Below are positions 49,822 through 62,700 of a stretch of DNA of 64,000 bases, piece by piece. The notes below the pieces were generated by a model. It was not told the origin of the DNA. It saw nothing but the letters and a program-made list of their open reading frames with translations, and did no database searches. Made by a program: the position numbers and the translations under genes. How positions within the stretch are numbered: position 1 is the stretch's first letter; every line of letters starts with the position of its first letter. Where the stretch lies: positions 2,242,240 through 2,306,239 of the forward strand of contig NW_019091358.1 of NCBI RefSeq assembly GCF_001949145.1. Direction: 5' to 3'. The DNA comes from Acanthaster planci (lineage: Eukaryota).

Positions 49822-51453
49822 AAGTATGTCACAAGGGTCTAGACCGCAGGAAAGAGAGGGTCTGATTTTATCCTTTTTACTGCATAGTGCATGGCCCCTT
49901 GAATACTTCGAGTTGCTGTACATTTCCCCACGGTTTCTTCAAGTCATCAGACCGAAATGTCAAACATCTAAGAGTTTCCTTATTTTTTTTAAGGAAAACA
50001 ACTTTTCCCTTTGAATTCCCCACGCCACACTTGTCAATAACTAAATTGGATTTTGTTTTCTCGTAGACTCTTGCTACATTCTCCGGCAAGAGGACCTTCT
50101 GACTGGATTCTCTGCCATACACTCACGAAGAGACTCTTCAGTAGATTGGAAGGCTGCACCCGTCAAAGAGTACGTGCACACAACGTCCCTTCGTGCTAGG
50201 TAAAACGAATATAGTACGTACTTTGTTGAGAGCCAACGAATTTCCAACATCCTTGCAAAACCCACAACTAATGTATTCCATGTCAACAGAGGCATAAGGG
50301 TACAGTGAAAATTCACACAAGTTATAAATGGGTTGACTCCCAACTAGACCGAGTAAACGTAGCCAGGCTACGAAATCGGTGGACGAAATCACACCTGACA
50401 GGCTGACAAAAACCATATAACTACATCCCTTTCATAGATGCAGAGTATACTTGCGGTAATAGATCAGGCCATAGAGTACGAGAAGTGCTTTTTACACAAT
50501 TTCAAACCATTGATTAAAGTGTCAAAAATGTTATTGTGATTATTTCAAATATAGGTGATGTCTAAAAACGTTTCACCTGAAATTCACAACACTCCTTTCC
50601 TTTAGTAGAAATTTGCTGGTTGTTGCTCCCGATAATCGGTACATATATATCATTATCCAATCCCCAGCATCGCTTTGGAAGAAACGTGCAGTATCTTTTT
50701 ACGGGCACGTTTCAAGGCGCGCTCGCTCCCTGCTGTTTGCGTCGATTTCTGGCAAGGCTTTGTTTTCCAAAACAACAGGAAGTGTTTTGAAGACAACCTG
50801 GGCATCCCGGTAATTTCGTGCAATTTAAGGTGAGCGGGTAACACGTCACCTGACACCTTAGCTGTCAATGACACTCACCATCATAGACGGGAAGGTTAGG
50901 GGAAAGCAAAATTGAAAAAAAAGAAGGAAAAATAAGCTTCCTCTCACTGTTTTGCTTTGAGTTGTATTAAAATACAATGCACGTCTTTTTTCGTTATTAA
51001 TAAGCAACTGTTGAAAAACAGAGATTCCAGCTTATTATCTCTGTGGGTAATTAGTCAAAGACCTGACCGACCAAAGTCCTGCTGCTGACAGGAAGTCAGT
51101 TTGATATAATGGTCTGCGGGGATTTTTCTTAAGGTTAGTTATTGGAGAGTTTAAATTAATTATACTCGAGCGATCACTTTCAATTGATCTAGACACTGAT
51201 CAATGTTGAAACCTAAGGAGATTCAGACACCATCGTGCAAAAAAGGCAGACTAAGGAGGCTTCACGCTTTGTTGTTCCATCATCACATCTTGGGGACTAT
51301 TTGCTTCGCATGATATCTTATGAATTGTAACTTTTGTGGATGAACGCAAACGTTAGCTTGCAACTCATCGTCAGATACAATAAGCCTTTTGCGAGTTAAA
51401 TGTGAATAAAATCTGTTACTAAGTTATATAATTACACATAAATAAACAGTTTG

Positions 51454-52997
51454 AACTAGAAATGTGTCTGTGGAAAAATGCAGCTGCTTTGGCTTGGTTT
51501 CAATATCTGAAACCAGTGACGAACTTCTCGAAAAACTGCTTAAAAGATTTAATGACAAGCGTACATAGACGATACAGTACAAACATTTGATGTCACGTGA
51601 CTTGTCACTTGACCTGTTACATGATGAAGACAACATCTCATGATGTCAATTTTTATCTGAAGCACTTCCCTTTCTGCCTAGTTTCAACCAAATCAGAGTC
51701 TTACTTTTTGAGACAGAGTGCTTTATAGAGTGCACCAATAATGGCACGTGACTCATCACCTGATCACGTCATCATATCACATCAAGTCAATTTGGGTCTA
51801 TAACCCTTCGCTTTCGAACTATGCATGAGGTTTCATCCCAATTGGACGTGCACTTCACGAAATATAGTGCTGTCGCGAGTGTAGGCCTACCTTTAATGTC
51901 ACGTAACCTGTCATCCGATGACATCGTCACATGATGTCCACTTTCCTCTATACCACTTCCCTTTCTAGCTATCTGCAAGGTTCCAACCCAATTTAGACAT
52001 CTCCTTCAGGAGATATAGTGTTTTGAAATTTGCACCTTTAATGTCATGTCATGTGACACCTGATGACGTCGTTATGACGAACTTATACAGGAACCCTTTT
52101 TATTTTAACTTGTGGCCTAAGACTGTGCACGTAATATTAACTCAGTCCGAACGATAACTGAGCCAAACCGTGAAGGGGAAAAATTAAACACTAAAAACTC
52201 AAAAGTAAAACAGCGATTTTCTTGTTGGACCATTCTTGAATGATTGTCAGAAGGTCTGCCAAGTGTGAAGTCAATCGGATTTAAAAAAAAAAGGCAAAGT
52301 GAAGTAAAACGATTTTCTAATCGAAAAACGTGAATAAAACTTATAGAGAAAAAATTTCACATTTAATCTCTTGTCACATGACCCCGGATGACGTCATTAT
52401 GACGATTTTGTTTTGAGACCCTGTTTATCTGATGCTCTAAGAATGTGCTTTAATATGATGTTAGTAAGAACAGTAACAGTGTCAAAGTCTGGCTGTTGAA
52501 AACCCTATGGGGAAATTTAAATATTCAAAATTCAAAACTAAATCATGTGAAGACGTTATCATGACGTGACATTATGATGGTGTAGGACTATCCTTGGACA
52601 ATTATGACAATTGTCACCATCATGACAGTTGTGTTTCTCACCCTCTCCAGCTGGTGAATGAATACTGTGGACCTAACATCGGCTCAGTCGGGTGGAGCAC
52701 AGTGCCAAAGTCTGGCTGTTAAAAACATGTATAAAATCTATGGCGGGGAATTAAATATTTAAAATTCAAAAGTAAATCACATGATGAAGTCATCACAGCG
52801 AATTTCCTCTAGGGCCATCCTTAGATGATTATCTAAAGATCTCCAAAGCCTGAAATCAATCAGATGAATAAACTACCAAAGTCCCGTTGGACAAAAAGAC
52901 GTCTACAAACCCTATTATGGAAAAAAGTCTGAAAAGGAGAAGAAAACAGCTTTAACGAAAGCAATGGCTACTTCGGCACTGTAGCCGAAGCAGCTTA
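51454..52997 (+). mobile_element. Non-autonomous Helentron/HINE-like element with diverged internal tandem units and a 3' hairpin
   Basis: Starts AACTAGA. Internal diverged repeats (51590-51760 vs 51895-52070; 52476-52565 vs 52699-52800). Ends in hairpin GCTACTTCGGC-ACTGTA-GCCGAAGCAGC (52967-52994, 10/11 paired) followed by TTATT. Class assignment is inferred from architecture. Confidence 0.55.
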
Positions 52998-55900
52998 TTC
53001 CCATACTAGAGACAATATTGCTATATTTTGCTATTTGGGGTGAGCTTTTGCATAGCGACCACCATTTCTGGAATGGACTGGTTCCTTTTTGGCCTTCTTA
53101 TCCATTTAAAACATTGTATTGGTGCAAGGCGTCTCTTATGTAACAAAGCAAAAGCTTGCCCCGAATAACGATGTAGGCCTACAGCAACAGTATCTTTAGT
53201 ATGGTGAATTAAAACTGTTATGTTTACGTGAATTTAAAGAACTCGGTGTACCTGATTTAATTCAAGTGTAGCTTCAAAAGGAATATTTACTGTATTCTGT
53301 TGTTCACTTTGTGGAAATGAGTCATTACTGAAGGGCATGTCTACATTGGGAAAGAAATACATGCAAAAGAAACTGCACCCGTAACTTGGAAAGGCAAAAT
53401 GAAAACAGGTGCATTTAAAATTATAGTACACTGGCTATTTAGATATCCATGCATGTGATGATCAGGATTTCCTCTGCAGTGCATTTAAGTCATTTCATCT
53501 TTTTACCGGAAGCTATAGGAAAACCATTAAAAAATCTCGAGTTGAAAAGGTGAGAAACCTATGTCAGTGAAAAATGTCTTTTAAAATCGTTGAAAATCGG
53601 GTCGATTCAGGGTAACGGAATTTCCAACATTTGAATTTGAAGGGGCGTTTGGTTGGACAAGCGCCATCGCATGTGCGTAACATGCGGTCGGTTGTAAAAC
53701 CAAAGGAGGTGTAACGTATGACATTACATTAACAGGTTCCCACCCCTTTTGTTTCCAATACATTTAGACTCCCAGGGTTTTTTTTGTCTGTGAGGTGTTT
53801 AGGGGCGGAGAAAAGGGAGCCTTGTGTGTGCCTGGAGGTCCATGGATGCTCCCCCAGATAACAATTCATGGCTTTATATACATTCTTTGGTGAGGATGCA
53901 TACCAGCCTCAGCGCTGCAAGTAAAGCCGCCGGCTGCCAATCTTCCGCAAAATTTAATTATTGGTGTATTTCAGCTGCCAGCTAGGCCTTGCCGTGCACG
54001 GATCTGAACTGCATCTCGGTATCAATCGTCAAAGTATTATACAAGTCTGCAAAGTTCATCGGGATAGGAAGCCACATTTAGCTCCCGCCTGTAATGTATT
54101 TGTTACTAGGGTCATTATTGGAGAAGAACCCGACATCTACTGCCTCTGCTAGTAGGTTAGGTTGACACGATTACAGAAATGTATTTGATTATGACACATG
54201 CTCGATAAGGGAACTGGAGTTTTAGTGATTGGGACAAAGTATACATGTGCACTGTAGTATCACTTCAGTCGATAACATAAAAGTGGAGCGTGCATTACTA
54301 TTTCATGAATGGTTTTGTTCAGCTGGTTTTAGACAATTATCTTAGGGAAATAATTCAGACCTTTATCCGCTTGTGAAGGGGAAAGAAGAGAAGAAATACA
54401 GTGGAAGCAAGATATACACAATAACTAAGCTCCTAAAAATAAACCTTTAATAATATCAACCATGTGGAATGGAAACAAATGTTGTAGATAAAATTTAATC
54501 AGTAGATTAACGAGGGCGGTGTTGAAGGGGGACAAGTACCCTTTGCTTAAGGAACAAGCATGCCCCGTAACTTCCGTTCTGTTCAGAAATTTGAGGGACC
54601 GTTTCATTTCTTAAAACCCTTTTACTGCGCCCGTCTAGAATACAAAATCCTCCAGAGTGCTCCTCTCTGAATGTTGAACCCTATTCGTGTCACCGGTAAG
54701 ATGCCATCAGCGGAACTCCAATCTGGATCATCCTCCATACATTGCAAACACGACCAAAGACCAACGGTACGTTTTATCTGAAAAAAAATCCCGGTACTCT
54801 CACATCCCATGCTCAACCATCACGCTGTAACCTCAACGACGTGAGCGGGAGAGAAGGGGCAAGCAGGGGGTTTGGAACGTTATCGCGAGAGCGATTTATC
54901 TAGCAGGTTGTCCATGATGAGGTGAAGAGTCACTCTGGTGTTGGGTAAGCCGTTGTGACAAGGAGCAGCAAGTGGCCGCGGACACAGGCAAGATACGCCA
55001 ACAAGATAACCACGGTTGAAGCGGCGCATGGATTCTCTCCAGTCACTTGTCAGCTTAGCGCTGTCTGCTCCGTGATGTATGAGGAAAAAAGACAACTGCG
55101 TCCTGGCCTTTGGTTGAGTTGCATGCCTTCATTCTACCAACAACAGCACATGAAGAACAGAGAGAGCCTTAACTCGCAAAACAGGTATGACGATATCTTG
55201 ACCCCATATGTTCATATTTGATATTTTGTGCTTTCAAATACATAATCAATCGATGTTTACTCATGAACGACCCAAATTTATCGACATATGCAGTGATTGA
55301 CAATGGTAAACAATAGTGCATCTTTATCGTTTGTCTTAAAGTGTAGCCAGTAGTTTCATTTCAAACTTCATTTCTGCCTGTTTCCATTTTGGAAGAACAA
55401 AATTGGGTCGGAAAGGGACCAAAATTATTACTAATCAAACGTCTCAGAGATCTTTTGAATTCGTTTTATTTCACATTGACAAATATCAGGCGACTGCATT
55501 CTGTCAACTGCGAGTCATGAGATCTTGGAGCACAAAACAGGCGCACAAATCTCAAACAGACGAAATCTGTGCCTTTGCCCAAAGAAATACATATATATAT
55601 ATAAAACCTTTACGACAGGCAATGGTAAACTAGACCTCGAAATATTCCTCAGTATCTTGCAAACAACTAATTTTATTTACATTTCATACCCTATTTGGGT
55701 GGAGTGAATGGACAGAAATTATTCAGAGACAAATTGCTAACATGTTTAATAAGACCCTGAAGGAACACGGTTTCAAGTGTGAATCGAGTTTATTCCTTGT
55801 CGTCATTTGCAAATCAACCCTTGGGTAATCCAAATTTGCAAGTGTTGACTTTAAAGTAGTCTCAAAAAACAATTTGGTGGCGCTGTCGCGGAGCTTCTCA

Positions 55901-57307
55901 GAAGGGTGGGGGTGTTGTTCAACTGGCAAACAGGAAATCGAGGGCGGATATGATTTTGTTGGATTGGAAGTTGTTCAAGTTGGTTTTTCACGGCAAAACC
56001 ATCAGAAGAAAATACACCAAAATGCTTTGGGCCCTTTAAAGTATTTTTTTTCAATTCTAAATGCTTTTAAATAACTCCAACTTCTGCGCATAGTACACGG
56101 ACAACATCCATTTACTGATGGGTGATATTGGGTTCTGTTTCATTCTCGGTACAAAAGTTTGTATTTATAACTTTCGAGCTTAAAAACCACGTTTTTAATA
56201 AAGATATGTGAGAATCAGATGAACACGAAACAACAAGTATTGACACTTATGACGAAGACATGTTGAGGCAGATTTAAATAAGTTCTTGTGTTTGAGCTTA
56301 AAAGTGACTTCTTTAGACATCGTCGGGTCGTCTTGATTGATTAAGAAGCTATGTTTAACATGAAAAAAGCAACATGGAAAGAGAATGTATACTAGCCTCC
56401 TCTAGACAAGAGGACGGAAGAGCAAAGAAGACGGCCTTCATAGGTGAAAGCCCGTTTGTTCCTTTTATATATTAAATATTAACAATTATGAAGAGCAACG
56501 AGCTTACAGTTTTAACAATGCAAGGACGGGGAAATGCCATGTTATCGTAAAACACTATTGATTTTATATTTGGCGACATTGCGGCCCCGTATCTCTGTGT
56601 TGAAGCAAACGCTTAACAGCCGGCCGAGAGGACTTTGCCAAATCATACCGACATTACAGCAGTGTTGTTAACGTAAAAATTCAGTGGCACAATCCCGGCG
56701 AATAGCTACTCAATGGTTATTAAATTAGATGATGCACGGCACGTTGGCGGAGGAGGCTTTCGCAATTACCCGTCAAGGCCCTCACCTGACACTAATCGGA
56801 CTTGAACTGGGCATAACCAAAATATCAAATAACCACTCCCGTATAGGCACCATGGACTCGACATTACACTGCTGCCCTGTGGTATTGACGACAAATGAAA
56901 TTGAGGGTGCTCGGTGGTTAAGCACAGGGAAGGTTTAGAGTCCAGACAACCTATCAGAAAATTTTCCCTTGTTGCATCCAACGGCCTGTAATCAGCTGCA
57001 TGCATAATTCTCTTTGGCAAGCACCTCAGCATTTGAAGATGCACGAAGCAGTTGAACTCTCATAAGACACACGATACGAGAAAAAACACAGAGAATTTAT
57101 GACATGCCACCAACCAGTGCAAACCACAAATAGATATCTAAAAGATGTGGGGACAGAGTAAAAGAAACCTTTATCAAGGGCAAAATCAAACATGAAGGTA
57201 AAGGATCGATAATCTAAGAAAGGAGCAGTGGGGTCCCTACAGCGAAAAAGAGTGAATGTTAATGTGTGTTACACCCAGTGACGCACCAAGGAGGGGGCTC
57301 GGAAGGC

Positions 57308-57384
57308 TTGTTGTTTTGTTGTTATTTGTTGTTGTTGTTGTGTTATTATGTAGGTGTTTTTGATGCTTGTTGTATTTGTCGTTC

Positions 57385-57417
<33 letters not shown>

Positions 57418-57455
57418 CTGTTGTTGTTTTGTTGTTGTTGTGGTCGTGGTGCTGG
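57308..57455. repeat. Imperfect (GTT/GCT)n microsatellite
   Basis: TTGTTGTTG...GCTGCTG runs; accounts for the low-complexity ORFs at 57237-57496. Confidence 0.9.
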
Positions 57456-58342
57456 TTTTCTGGAAAAGGAAGGTACAATATACACCTACATGTTAAACTT
57501 TAAGCTCTAATATAGCCGTAAATCCCAGTCCTCAGGAGCATCATGGATGGGGGGGCCGAGCATCATGAGCAATTTTTAAGGGGGGCAAAGTTCGGTCCAA
57601 GCTCCCCCCCCCTCACACACACACACAACACGACAGATTCTACGTACTCCACTTGATACATCAAGCGTTGAATTTCCTATTCAAAAGAAAGGGATGCCGG
57701 TTTGGAGGACGTTTTTCGAGGTCTATCAAATATATAGTAAAGCTTTTGAATCCGGTGATACCTCAGGTGAGAGCTTCGATAGGTCCATGACACTTCTATG
57801 CACAAGAAAAAATGTATTTCTAGTTTGACACTCTCGTTTTGCACAGTGTTTGTCATACTTCTGTCAAGTAATTTCAGATCAAACGTGCCTACTGACGCCT
57901 ACCTCTGTGAAACGAGGTCGATAAGTATTGGGCGTGGGTGGCAACCCCGGGGGGACGGGACACACACGTCACCCTGTATATTTGATGGTACGGTCGCGGC
58001 ACTGGCCCCGGGAATATTTTTCCCTTGTCTGTGGCTCTTTGGTTTGTACAACCCAAATATCAGCCCAGATTTTCAAGTTTCCCACGGCGCGCCGGACCCC
58101 CCGAATCAAAACACTGATTACAAATGACTCTCTGAACACTTGAATCAAGAAGTTGCCGGAAAATAGACCTCCTAGTTGAAGATACAATTGTAATCATACT
58201 ATTATTAATATTGTAACATAAATTTTAATATGATATACCCCTGGCGCCTTACAGTCAAATGTGTTCTTGTTGTGTGCTTCTCCCTACCCTGACGAAAAAT
58301 CGCCGCCGCTGTCATTGTGGTTGTGTCATCGAGGCCTAGTAC

Positions 58343-58580
58343 CAGGATCAGATCCAGATTTCTGGAGGATCACCCTAACCCCCATCTCCCACCCCGCTCT
58401 GACACCAAGAGTATGAAATTACAATTAAATCATAAGTAAACGATTTGTAGCAAGGTAAGTGCATCAGTAACATTGTAATGCATTACCTAGAATGTTCGCC
58501 TGTCCGCAACAATCATATATTTAAAAACTGAATAAATGACAGCCCTGCTACCCCTGGAAAAATGTCTGGATCCGTTCCTG
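58343..58580. mobile_element. MITE of the CAGG..CGGATCCAG type
   Basis: Left CAGGATCAGATCCAGA and right TCTGGATCCGTTCCTG are 14/16 complementary; flanks AGTAC / AGTAT. Confidence 0.7.
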
Positions 58581-59514
58581 AGTATATTATTCCTTCGAGC
58601 GGATCAGTTGTGCTTTTTTCTCCTCATTTTCGTATTTTTGAATAACTTTTTAAATTTTTTTGTTGAATTAAGCTGAAGTTTCATGTAATCCTCAAGCTAC
58701 CAGTGTGCTTAAAGTCCTTGACTGGTAAAGCCATTATTCACAAAACACATTGTTACATCTCACAAAATCGTTTCCCCACGCCATCCAATACCGAGGCAGA
58801 ACAACAGTATCAACAAAGGGCTCAATAAAAAAGTACTAAAGAATTGACTCAAAAGGAGAAAATAATTTTTCTTTCGTTTGTACGTTGAAATTTGAAGTCG
58901 CCGCAGGTGCGAAGTGAGGACGACAAAATATAGCCAATCAAAATTGCCTGAGGATTTGACAACACGTTGCTAAATAATGTGAAGAAGGGGTTGATACTGA
59001 TAATTAAAAACAATAAAGGAGATTGAATTTAACCAGACAGATAGTCTTTCAAGGAATACTTTTGAGTCCAAAGTTTATTACTCGCCGAAGGCAACGACCC
59101 TGTCTCACTTTTTTGTCTTCAGCATCTCACGTTTTCTTCATAGTTTTTCTTCTAACGACAATTCTCAAGTATTTTCAAGAGAAGGATGCTGGAAGGAAAT
59201 TGATTGGCAATTTGCGATGTTTCAGCTTACGGGTTGTCAAAACACTCGTGATATCAGGGGCGAGAATTTGCGCCACATGGGGCTAATATTCAAGTTGAAA
59301 ATAATCCGTCCCTGCGATGCACATTGGGCGCAGCGCAGGCAATCAGACGCCCGCCAGGTAAACGCGAGGCAACGAATACTCTACGTGCGGTAAAACTTTC
59401 CAGTCATGTAGCACGTTCTGCGCTCTGTATTGTGGCACAGAATCCGGCCAAAACACTACCGAAATGGCAACTTATTGGTCCAAACTGACGCACAGTAAAA
59501 ATAATTACAACACT

Positions 59515-59750
59515 TAGGGTTAAAGTGGTGGTTTTTTCCTCACTTTGCACCAATGAGGCCCGGGTTCGAGTCCCGACTTTGCCCAGGCTTTAAGTGCATT
59601 TGGTTTCCAGTCCATGTTCGCTCTCGCGGTTTTCTCCTGCCTCTAAAACTGGACCTTCTTCTTAATTCCGTAATGTGAAGCCAACAAAGGTTATGAACAA
59701 ATGTATAGATATTGGCGCAAATAGCCTGAGTAGCTAAAAGCGCCATTAAA
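59515..59750 (+). mobile_element. tRNA-derived SINE, decayed
   Basis: B box GGTTCGAGTCC at 59563-59573 within CACCAATGAGGCCCGGGTTCGAGTCCCG, then a non-tRNA body 'TTTGGTTTCCAGTCC..GGTTTTCTCC..CTCTAAAAC' and an AAGCGCCATTAAA tail. No complete cloverleaf. Confidence 0.7.
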
Positions 59751-62700
59751 ACAAAAACAACACTATAATGGGGGAGGGACAGAAAAAAAAGCAAATCGTA
59801 TTGAAGCTGGTTTTAATTACCACAAAGAGCGTAGGACCTAACTTGTCCGTTTGGGGCTATAGTCAAGTTACACAATCGCGTGTCAAACAAACTAGCGGTT
59901 CAATGTACTCTTGAGCGAAAATGATGCGATAAATGACTGCAATACTTTCTCCAATGTAGTACAAGGTTTCGAGTTACATGTTTCCATCTCCGATGAACGC
60001 GTAATGACATATTAAATGCCCCGGTTCCCTTCAAAAACACGACCATCGTCCTTCTGTTTTCCCATTTAGCTGAAACCCAATACGAGCAGACACGAGAAAC
60101 ATTTCGGGGTACATTGCCCCGGTGGGGTGTGGGATAATGAGATTGTTATGCAAATTCATTACAATAAGCGAGGGTTGGTGGTTTTGCATCCCAGTACTGA
60201 AGACTTCTGCCGAATTTTTGATGGTGTAGAGAGGTTTTTGTTATTTTTTAAAAGTTAACACACATACATATATATCTATGAAATACACATTGACTTAAAA
60301 TTTGTTCGAGGACTTGATTGTTGTCTAGTAAAGGTCAAGGGTTAAGGGAGAAGTAATGTGTAAACAATTGCAGGCGTTGCCTGAAAGTTCAGGGATAAAG
60401 ACTCTGAGGTCAAGTGGTTTGATATCCTCCAAATCTCCCCGTTTCAGTCGTGATTTATCATTGCCATTTGTCAGAGGAATGCAACCATTTTGGTGACTGA
60501 TTACCCTTTTAATAAAAACAGCTGCCTCATTGTTTTCGTTGCGGAATGTGTGAGGGGAAATTTGTTAGTCGATCATCTATTTAAATTTCCTGGGGTTTGC
60601 ATCTTCATTTTACTACTTCCGTTTTTTCCCGAAAATACAGAATAACCAGTCCGGAAGGGCGAATCCGTCTTTCAGGAAAGAGGGAGATGATATAAAGTTG
60701 TGTACATAAGGCATTCTGGAATATGGTTTACTACATCAGGGAGGTTCGAGGTGTGCCAGGAAATATAGTATAGCATTAGTCAGCCATGACCCTTTACCCT
60801 CAACTCCGATGCGCTACTGTCTTTGCTGTCAGAGCTTAGCTGATAGTATAACTTTTGTTTGATAAAGAATTGAAAAAACCTCTAACCCCAAACCCAAACA
60901 TGTGTCAACAAAGCACACAATTGATATTGAATGTCACGTCCAAAAGTATCGCTGAATTGAACCGGTGCTGACTGATTGTTTTCACTTCGACCATTTCTTT
61001 TTTTACACATGTGGGCACACACCTTGGAGTCACCACAGTTTTCAGTGTTCGATTCAAATGTCGTTCACGCATGCCATACAGAATAGCTCTACAACTAATT
61101 AGATAGCAATGATATTTTTGCACTATTTTGACAAATATATCGACACTCTATGGGCAGTAGTCTGCGGAAAATTGCCACATTGTCCCTTAACCGTTGAGTG
61201 CACTCTTCATATGGTATTTCATTCTTTCAGCTGTTGGGCCTCTCATTTGAAAAAAAAAGCCAGTCTGCAGCTGGCAATATCTAGAAACCTCCTTTTAAGG
61301 ATCTATACCGCAGAATATGCACCGCCGATAAAAAAACACGATTAAATCCCTGCCTCGACGGACACCGAGTAACAGATGATGCAGAACCCGGCCGGGTTTA
61401 TAATATTGACGCACTCGCACCCACCGGGGACTTTACAGTGCAAGTAACCTTTTCCTACCTCTTTCTTTCCAAAGCTGTTTGCAATATCTACCCTCGCAAA
61501 ATTGGAGGCCGCGTTGGCGACAATTATTAAGTTAGGGCTTGCATTTTCGACATGCAGAGTATTAAAACTACCCACGAAAGAAGCTATGTTTATTTGATTT
61601 TTGCTTGTATGTGCGTGTGCCCCGGCTCAACATTCCGATGTGGGCTCCCATTATTTGAGAAGAATTCGTCTATCAAATCTTGAAACCAGGTGATAAGGAG
61701 AGCCGCGTTGATGTTTACCCCCGTTTGAATATTTATTGTTTTCATTTACTTTAGCCGTAATATTCTGGTCACGCTTCGGAAATTCTTTCAATTGATTTTC
61801 AGTATCGAGGTCAGTGCACGCTCAATACATTGCTCGTAATCATTTGTAGTGCCCAATGCCGAGAGTGGTGGTATCGGCCGGGGAAGCAGTGCATGACAAC
61901 CAACGGCGAGCGACACGCACAAGCCAACTGTGTTCATGCTCTAAATCTCCGTCACCAAGATTCAATGAAATGTGGAAATTCGTGCTTATAGTGTTGAAAG
62001 ACTGACTAACTCGAGTTTTTCCACTACACGAGCTACACCTGTACAACTAAAGCAACGATTTAGTTATCTTGCCCAGCTTTACTTAATTATACTATAATTT
62101 TTAATTTACGTTATATACTCGTTGACAGTATTAAAAGACAAATACAAGAACTTTGTGGATCGCATTCTGTTGTTTCAGTTAATTAAAAATAACCATTTTG
62201 TCTCATCTGGATCCACAACAGGGGAGCACCTCCGACTCTGTGGGATTTGAAGAATTAGATGTGCGTATATAGTGCAAAGGTTGACGTATCTATGAGCAAA
62301 ACCTGCTCCAGTTTGAATAACGACACCTAACACCTAGTATACTGGCAATGAAGCCAGCGCTTTATTCCTGATTACCCTGAGACAACACAAACAAGAACAT
62401 GAGACAAGCAAACAGGGTCGCATCAGTGGAGTTTAGGAACACGAATACGGAAACATATGTTCTCGACAAAAACGGGTAACAGTTAACCCCAAACCGATGC
62501 CGTGGTGCACCCTATCCCTGCTGTGTAAGGGATTTGGCTCAAATCGTGCTCAGCCTGTTTGTATTTGTGTAGACTCGGCAAAGGTGATACTCTCGTGTGC
62601 CTGTGGTCGAGGTTCATTTATAGAACAATTTCATGCACTTCGCGTGCTGTTTTGCAGGCAATTGTATTTATGGGTTAGCAGTGTTGGCGTGCTGAAAGTG

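Noticed and set aside
59540..59600. Possible tRNA gene
   Set aside because: Only a B box and T-arm are recognisable; no full cloverleaf, and it continues into a SINE-like body.
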